Shown in pieces: positions 57,303 to 64,000 of a DNA stretch of 64,000 bases. The position numbers were made by a program, and so were the translations under genes. The DNA is from Eledone cirrhosa (lineage: Eukaryota). The stretch lies in assembly GCA_964016885.1 (NCBI GenBank), contig OZ024740.1, forward strand, positions 229,152,001 through 229,216,000, read 5' to 3'. The notes beneath the pieces are model-generated. The model searched no databases and was not told where the DNA came from. It saw only the letters and a list, made by a program, of their open reading frames with translations. Within the stretch, counting starts at the first letter, position 1; the number at the start of each line of letters is the position of its first letter.

Positions 57303-57915
57303 TGTGTGTGTGTGTGTATACGTATATTTGTGCGTGATTATGTGTGTACGGGAATGCACTATTTTGTGTAAAGGTGTGTTTGCGTATGTGTGTTTACTGT
57401 GAATACACACATGGCGTGCGCATGTGCGTGTGTGTGTTTGTGTATGTGTGTGCGGGTATATGTATGTGTGTATATATTTGTTTGTGGTTATGTGTGTGTG
57501 AATGCATCAGCATGTGTAGAGATAATTATGTATGTCTGTGTGTTTGTGACTACACATTATGTGTTTATGTGAATATATTAGTCTGTTGATGTGTGTCTAT
57601 GTTAGCGTGTAAAAAATATGTGTATATATGTGTTTGATTATGTATCTGTGTATGTGTATATATGTATATAAGTATTTATGTTTGTATGTGTATCTGTCTG
57701 TGAGTGTTTGTATGCATGTAGGAGTGTATGTAGGTATGTATTTATGTGTTTTTGTATATATGTATGTATGTATGTATGTATGTAAGTATGTATGTATGTA
57801 AGTATGTATGTATGTAAGTATGTATGTATATATGTATGTATGTAAGTATATATGTATGTATGTATGTAAGTATGTATGTAAGTATGTATGTATGTAAGTA
57901 TGTATGTATGTGTGT
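55500..57915. repeat. Degenerate (TG)n/(TATG)n low-complexity block
   Basis: Direct inspection. Confidence 0.9.
57040..57224 (+). mobile_element. SINE family A with 9-bp TSD
   Basis: TSD attatgtgt at 57031 and 57225. Confidence 0.93.
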
Positions 57916-57923
57916 ATGTCTTA

Positions 57924-58355
57924 AGAGTCAATGGCCATCCAAAATCACCGGGAGAGATGACCCCTTAGCCTTTGTCAAGGCAGAATTCTAGGAGAAGGAA
58001 AACTCTGATATAACACCTGCAACCCTGATGGTATCCAATGATGTTGACTTGTTCTTTTTGGTAAATATCATCTTGGTTAAGAGAGTGGGACTGGCTTTGT
58101 GCAGTGCCTTTGCTCACTATAAAAGCTTCACGGCACAGGCATTGCTTTATATCTGGAGATCTCTCTGCACTTGTCGTCACATGGTACCATGGGCCCAGCA
58201 CTATGAGTCAATAATTGTCACAAGTGTAGTGTTTGTACCAGAGTTTTCAAGTCGCTGGCTGGACTAAAAAGTCACACTCGTTTAGCGCATCGGTAGGAGT
58301 TCTCCTACATGGATATAAAGTAGTGGCCGTACTCGAAAACGAGTTGGCAGCCACC
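57924..58355 (+). mobile_element. 5'-truncated (TATG)n-flanked retroposon
   Basis: Close match to 26640-27072. Confidence 0.8.
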
Positions 58356-58365
58356 ATGTATGTAC

Positions 58366-58396
<31 letters not shown>

Positions 58397-58488
58397 TGTA
58401 TGTATGTATGTATGTATGTATGTATGTATGTATGTATGTATGTATGTGTGTATTACGTACATACCTATGTATGAATGTACAAATATTT

Positions 58489-58519
<31 letters not shown>

Positions 58520-58598
58520 CACACATACATACACGATATATATGTATGTATTCGTGTATGTATGTATGTATATATATATATATATATATGTATGCTTG

Positions 58599-58685
<87 letters not shown>

Positions 58686-59052
58686 TTATATGTGTGTGTG
58701 TGTGTATATATGTATGTATGTATTTATGTATATATGTATGTACGTATGTCTATGTTCCTAATTAACTGATCTTTAATTGCTGATTGCAGAATATTTAGAT
58801 ATGTTTGGTATTGGTTTAATTGTTGTTGTTGTGCTCATTAATTACACTAATTGGTGTTATGGTTGTTAATGTTGTTGCTTTTAAAAAAAAATTAATAATC
58901 GTAGTGTGATTGACTTCAACAAATTATTGAAATACATATATACAGGGTGGCCCGAAAGTACACCAATCTCTGAAGTTCTGTAACTATCAATGGCGGGGAA
59001 TGTCAGGTTTTGTCTAAGACACAACAACTAAAATAAAGACTGAAGTAGAAGG

Positions 59053-59247
59053 AGAAGAAGAAGAAGAAGAAGAAGAAGAAGAAGAAGAAGAAGAAGAAGA
59101 AGAAGAAGAAGAAGAAGAAGAAGAAGAAGAAGAAGAAGAAGAAGACGACGACGACGACTACGACGACGACGAAGAAGAAGAAGAAGAAGAAGAAGAAGAA
59201 GAAGAAGAAGAAGAAGAAGAAGAAGAAGAAGAAGAAGAAGAAGAAGA
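59053..59247. repeat. (GAA)n/(GAC)n microsatellite
   Basis: Direct inspection. Confidence 0.95.
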
Positions 59248-60057
59248 AAATTCTAAATGAGATTATTTGATGTAGAGTTAGCAATTGAAGTTCAAAGAAG
59301 ATTACATAAGATTCCATGAAACCTACTTCATTTCTCAAATTATTTTAAAGTAAGACTAGTAAAATACTGTTACATAGAATTGAGTAAAGTATGGCTTTGA
59401 TGAAAGAATCGTGTTTAAGACAAGGAGTTGTTATAAAACACTGAATTACAGAATTGATTAAACAGTGGTTTTTATTGTTGTTGTTGTTGTTGTTGTTGTT
59501 GTTATTGTTGTTATTTTTATTGCTGTTCTTGTTATTGATGTTGTTTTTATTTTTGTTGTTGTTGTTTTTGTTTTTGTAATTGTTTAGCCACGTGTCAGTC
59601 ATAATTGAGTAGACATATGATCAAAAGCATTCCAGTCTTGATAATCCTATCTTTCTTATCAGTTATCATATATATATATTATCAATGTAGGTGTAGATAT
59701 TGGTTTGAAGGCGGTGCAGTAATCCACATTTTGGGGTTCGCAAAGTTGTTACTGGTGACCCGAGAGCTTGTTCAGTAGACGCACATTTCAAAAGCTTGGG
59801 GTTCCAGAGAAAATTCTTTTAAATAAAATAAATCCTTTTCAGGGTCGGATTAAAGCGCCTTGGACAAGAAAACATATAGCAGCCCCTAGCACCTGCTTGC
59901 AAGAAACTTAATAAAACTGATAATACATGAATGTAGGCTTACACGTTAAACAGTGGTGAGATTCCAGCATCAACTCATGCTGGACTCTAAAGCAGAGGTG
60001 ACACCCACCAAGAAAAATAAATTTATTCAATAACAATTATTATATTCTAAGTGTATG

Positions 60058-60360
60058 CAGCATGGCCGAACGGTTAAAGAGTTCGACTCACAATCATTAG
60101 GTCCTGGGTTCGATCCTACTGCCTGACATTTTGGACAAGTGTTATTTACCATAACTCAAGGTCGACACATGCCTTGGGAGTGAAATTGGGTTAGATGATA
60201 ACTTTAGAAACCCATCGGACGGACTGTATTTGTAGTTCACACTGTGTCACAGGGAATCTCCCTGAGAATTAATTTCAGGGTACATGTGTCGAATGCTCAA
60301 CGACGTACCCGTTAATTTCACAAGCCAGCCATTGGAACATTTATCGTCTAAAACGACGGA
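60058..60360 (+). mobile_element. tRNA-derived SINE, third family
   Basis: tggccgaacggtta A-box, gggttcgatcc B-box; related fragments at ~16025-16295 on minus. Confidence 0.7.
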
Positions 60361-61337
60361 AAAGATTTAAATTTTGACAAAAATGTCATGTTTCATAGTA
60401 GCTGATGACAACTTATTTTTCCATTTTTGCGGGTCTTCACCCTATTTCATAAGCTATTTTATAGCCTCTCTGCGCATGAGCATACCACTATTTATTTTAA
60501 TATATATTTTAATGTATATTTAAAACGGATGGGACCTTCTTGACTATGAGAACTGGGGTTCAGTCTCACAGAGCCTATATCTAAATTTGGAAGTGATATG
60601 GTTGGAAACCAGAGCTGTAGGGTGGGACATAAGGAAAATTTGGTTGTTATTTCTTGCAGTTGAAGTGAGTAATTAGAGGTTTCCTTGTTGGCTCGTTGAC
60701 AAATTGGAGCAAACGGTGAGATAACTAAGTCAGGTAGGATATACATAACAAGTTATTTATGATACACTGTCACTTAATAAGGGTGGAGTTGATGGCTGAC
60801 GAATTACTATACAGGGTGCGGTCAGAAAATTTAAATACGGCCGGTGGTGGCGATGGTGGTGGTGGTGCTGGTGGAGTAGTGGTGGTGGTCGGGGGTCGTA
60901 GTAGCAGTGGTAGGGGGAGGAGGTTGTGGTAGGGGTTCTGATAGTGGATGTAGTGGTGGTGCTGGTCGTGGGGAGAGAAGTGATAGTGGATGTGGTGGTG
61001 ATAGTTGTAGCGATAGTAATATTCAGAGTGACGGTAAAAGTGGATGTTGGCGTGGTGGTGATGGTAGTACTGGGGGGGGGGGGGTGACTGTGGTGATAAC
61101 GGATGTAGTGGTGGTGGTGGAAGTGGCGGTAGAGGTAGTGGTGGTGGTGGAAGTAGCGGTGGAGGTAGTGGTGGTGGTGGTAGTGCGGTGCAGGTGGTTT
61201 TGATGGTAGGGTGGAATGGAATGACGTTTATATATAGCATGGTATCTTGTTTGATGAGATATAAAAAAAAAAGATTTGTTAGTTATAGGAAAGGGTGGTG
61301 TCTAATGTTGTTGTGGTGTTTTTGTTCAGCCCTAGGT

Positions 61338-62242
61338 CAATCCTTAAGGAGTAAACATATAATCCTGTGCAGATACCTGATGCTCAAAAACTCAGCAATG
61401 TCCAATAGTGCTAAGTTTAATATTCTAATCGCAGACTTGGTACGAGTGATGAAGAACGTGTCCCGCATGTGCGACCCAACAGAAATGGAAAGACACATCC
61501 AACACTTCATCAACCGCATGCAGTTCTCTGGCTACAACCAAAGAGACAGAATCAGAGTATACAAAGGAGCCACGGAGAAGTATACGACCCTCATAGAACT
61601 GGACATGAAAGGAATTTGCCCATTATACAGGAGCAAATCATGGAATAGCTTATATAGGACTAAACATAAGATAGGGAAAGCCACCTCATGGTACGACAAC
61701 CAGAGATACCAGAGTGTCATGTTCGTGGACGCTACCTCTGGAGGGAAATTAGCTAACCTGTGTATAAAGGCCCTGAGAAAGACCCACTTAAAGATTAAAG
61801 TGGTAGAAAAGCCAAGAACTACCATAAAATCCCTGATCAGCAAAACATACTCTTTTAAGAAAACCCACTGTGCTAATAGGAAATGTGTTATATGTAAAGT
61901 AAACCCCCGGATAAACTGTAAAACTAGAAATGTAATCTATAGCATAAGATGTACAGAGGGTACTTGCAGAAACATGACAACAACATACATAGGCGAGACA
62001 GCTTGAAGCATAGGAGAAAGGATAGACCAACCCTGGGGGGAATTAAAATGACGAAAAAACGGTTCAGTACTATACGAACACGCCAGCCAACAACATGACG
62101 GTAACATAGTCAAATTAGAAATTAAAATAATATCTAAACATACACATGACCCAGCAGGTAGGCAAATCAGAGAAGCAAGCGAAATAGAGCTTAGAAGGTC
62201 AAAGCTAAACAGACAAAATGAATGGAATAACAACAACACTTA
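61338..62242 (+). mobile_element. Penelope-like element ORF 3' part: RT thumb, Cys linker, C-terminal GIY-YIG endonuclease
   Basis: SAMSNSAKFNIL..RMQFSGY..MFVDAT..CANRKCVIC..VIYSIRC..YIGETA*SIGER..LYEH..H..RQIREA..LNRQNEW; two in-frame stops. Confidence 0.85.
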
Positions 62243-62712
62243 AACAAACAATACTGACTTAAGAGAAATATAAATAAATAAATAATTAAATAAGTTTATA
62301 CACAAGCACAATAACAACAAACACATATAAACACACACTAGTAAACTAAGATAGAATACAATAACCAAAACACAATCACCCAAACGCGAACACACACACC
62401 AAACACTATACACACACGCAAACGCATGCACAGAGAAGACAAAAATAAAGAAATAATAAACAGATAAAATAAAAATGGCGTAGAAATACAATACAAGAGA
62501 TGTGCAACGAAAGAACTTTGTTAATCTATATATATGTGTTTATATCTGTATTTTTGACCGTTGGCCAGTCAATGATAAACATTGAGGACCAAATGAATTA
62601 ACTGTGGAGATATAAAAGATACAGAAGCGAAAACCAACCAAACAGTGAGTGTGTTCTGTTATTATTTCTGGCAATATTATTACAACAATACGACCCTCTT
62701 CAAGTATAACAA
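62243..62712 (+). mobile_element. PLE 3' pseudo-LTR ending at a short (TA)n, HHR 5' half deleted
   Basis: Homologous to 24760-25240 on minus; retains gatgtgcaacGAAAgaacTTtg. Confidence 0.75.
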
Positions 62713-62727
62713 TATATATATATTTTC

Positions 62728-62838
62728 GTATTCTGATGAGTTGGTCAGAAGTAAATTATGTAATGGAGATCGAGTGACGCAACTTCAAGCGATTAACGCC
62801 CTCTAGACTCACCTGATCAATGAAACAATTGTCAATAC
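62728..62838 (+). ncRNA. Type I hammerhead with 9-bp stem II and a ~64-nt loop 2
   Basis: gtatt CTGATGA gttggtcag...ctgatcaat GAAA caattg TC aatac. Confidence 0.75.
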
Positions 62839-63067
62839 CTGAAATAAAGCCCCTTGTTGTACAGCCAACCATGTTACTCTTCATTCTTTCACTATTATTA
62901 CACCAAGTATAACCTGCATAGGAATTACCGCGAACTCGCTGCCTAACTATGGAAACCTCTTGTTGAGTCAAACAAAGCCGTACGTTAAACTATCCACGAC
63001 GCAGAGTACTCACAACCTCTAATTGGATTACCTATAACGATAACTTGTTACCCCATATATATATATA

Positions 63068-63594
63068 TTTTGAATTTATTTTGAAAGATTGTTTGAATTT
63101 TGCTTGCTCCGCTCATCTCAATTTTATAGTTCTGGTATGTCAAATTAATACCATTGAACAACAACTGTATCATAGACACCCTATATATTTCCGAGGGTAC
63201 TTAGTACCTGTGGGGATATCGATCTCATTTTATATATATTCTGCCATGTGTAGAGAAAAAATCCGTTGCTATTTTTAGTAGTGTGGCAAACAACACATCT
63301 ATGCTACTCCCGCTTCTACTAACGACCAGTTCACGTGTAGGTTACGTTTACGGCCCCATTCGATCCTGCACTACCTGGCCGAAGGCAATATATTTGCCGG
63401 CTGTGGGACTATATGTCCTATGTAAGGGAAAATGCTTTCTGAAGAGCCGAACTTTCCATTGGAAGTCCCTTGGATTTCCAATCTTTTGTGAAGCGAAACC
63501 GTCGGTAAAAGCAATATGGATAGGTAAATATTTAAATTATATTTTTTGAATTTATTTTGAAAGATTGTTTGAATTTTGCTTATTCCGCTCATCT

Positions 63595-63597
<3 letters not shown>
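63068..63597 (+). mobile_element. Retrozyme/pLTR-like 1.1-mer (476-bp period) between (TA)n tracts
   Basis: ~55 bp direct repeat at both ends (gctcatctcaa at 63111 and 63587); HHR inside. Confidence 0.7.
63433..63513 (+). ncRNA. Type I hammerhead with branched loop 2
   Basis: tgcttt CTGAAGA gc...gc GAAA ccg-t-cgg TA aaagca. Confidence 0.72.
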
Positions 63598-63631
<34 letters not shown>

Positions 63632-63706
63632 TAAAAAAACATGAGAAGAAAGAAGAATACTGCGTGGTTGCACATAGGTTACATATGATAAAAATAGTCC
63701 TTCGTC

Positions 63707-63769
<63 letters not shown>

Positions 63770-63773
<4 letters not shown>

Positions 63774-63960
63774 AACAAGTAAGACCCCGACGGCTGAGCT
63801 CAAGCCGTTTCGACGGCTAATTCAGTCCAGAATTAGCCGTCGAAACGGCTTGAGCTCAGCCGTCGGGGTCTTACTTGTTCCTATTACCCACTCTACTACC
63901 CTAAGTATTGAGTACTTTGGTGCGTTATGGTCCACCTGGTTCCTTACCACATTTCCTTCG

Positions 63961-63962
<2 letters not shown>
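63770..63962 (+). mobile_element. Foldback plus 3' end of the 12146 HHR family inside (TA)n
   Basis: Inverted repeat 63770-63883 with the HHR 3' half, then ...ttccttcgtta(TA)n. Confidence 0.8.
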
Positions 63963-63992
<30 letters not shown>

Positions 63993-64000
63993 GCAGGCAT

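Noticed and set aside
60492-60746. 84-aa non-repetitive ORF as a host exon
   Set aside because: No recognisable domain or supporting gene structure
58940-60830. Mariner-type TIR starts (tacagggtg at ~58941 and ~60810)
   Set aside because: Same orientation, with no matching inverted end or transposase

Overview
AT-rich, repeat-saturated eukaryotic (metazoan) DNA. The SINE types, (TA)n/(CATA)n density and RTE/R4 LINE content suggest an octopus-like cephalopod, which is an inference. I can support no host protein-coding gene; almost all listed ORFs are microsatellite read-through. The window holds tRNA-derived SINEs (several with TSDs), decayed RTE, L1/Tx1 and R4/Dong LINE fragments, a Helitron 3' end, Tc2-like MITEs, several satellites and the 3' part of a GIY-YIG Penelope-like element (PLE). 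The main signal is about 20 type I hammerhead ribozyme (HHR) motifs, from roughly ten unrelated short non-coding element families. Most sit inside (TA)n tracts as tandem multimers (retrozyme-like; periods 339, 466, 476 and 525 bp) or as head-to-head foldbacks. One family has a compensatory U3-A8 core, and one element's 3'-terminal 22-mer is reiterated between (TA)n runs. All folds and coordinates were read by eye.
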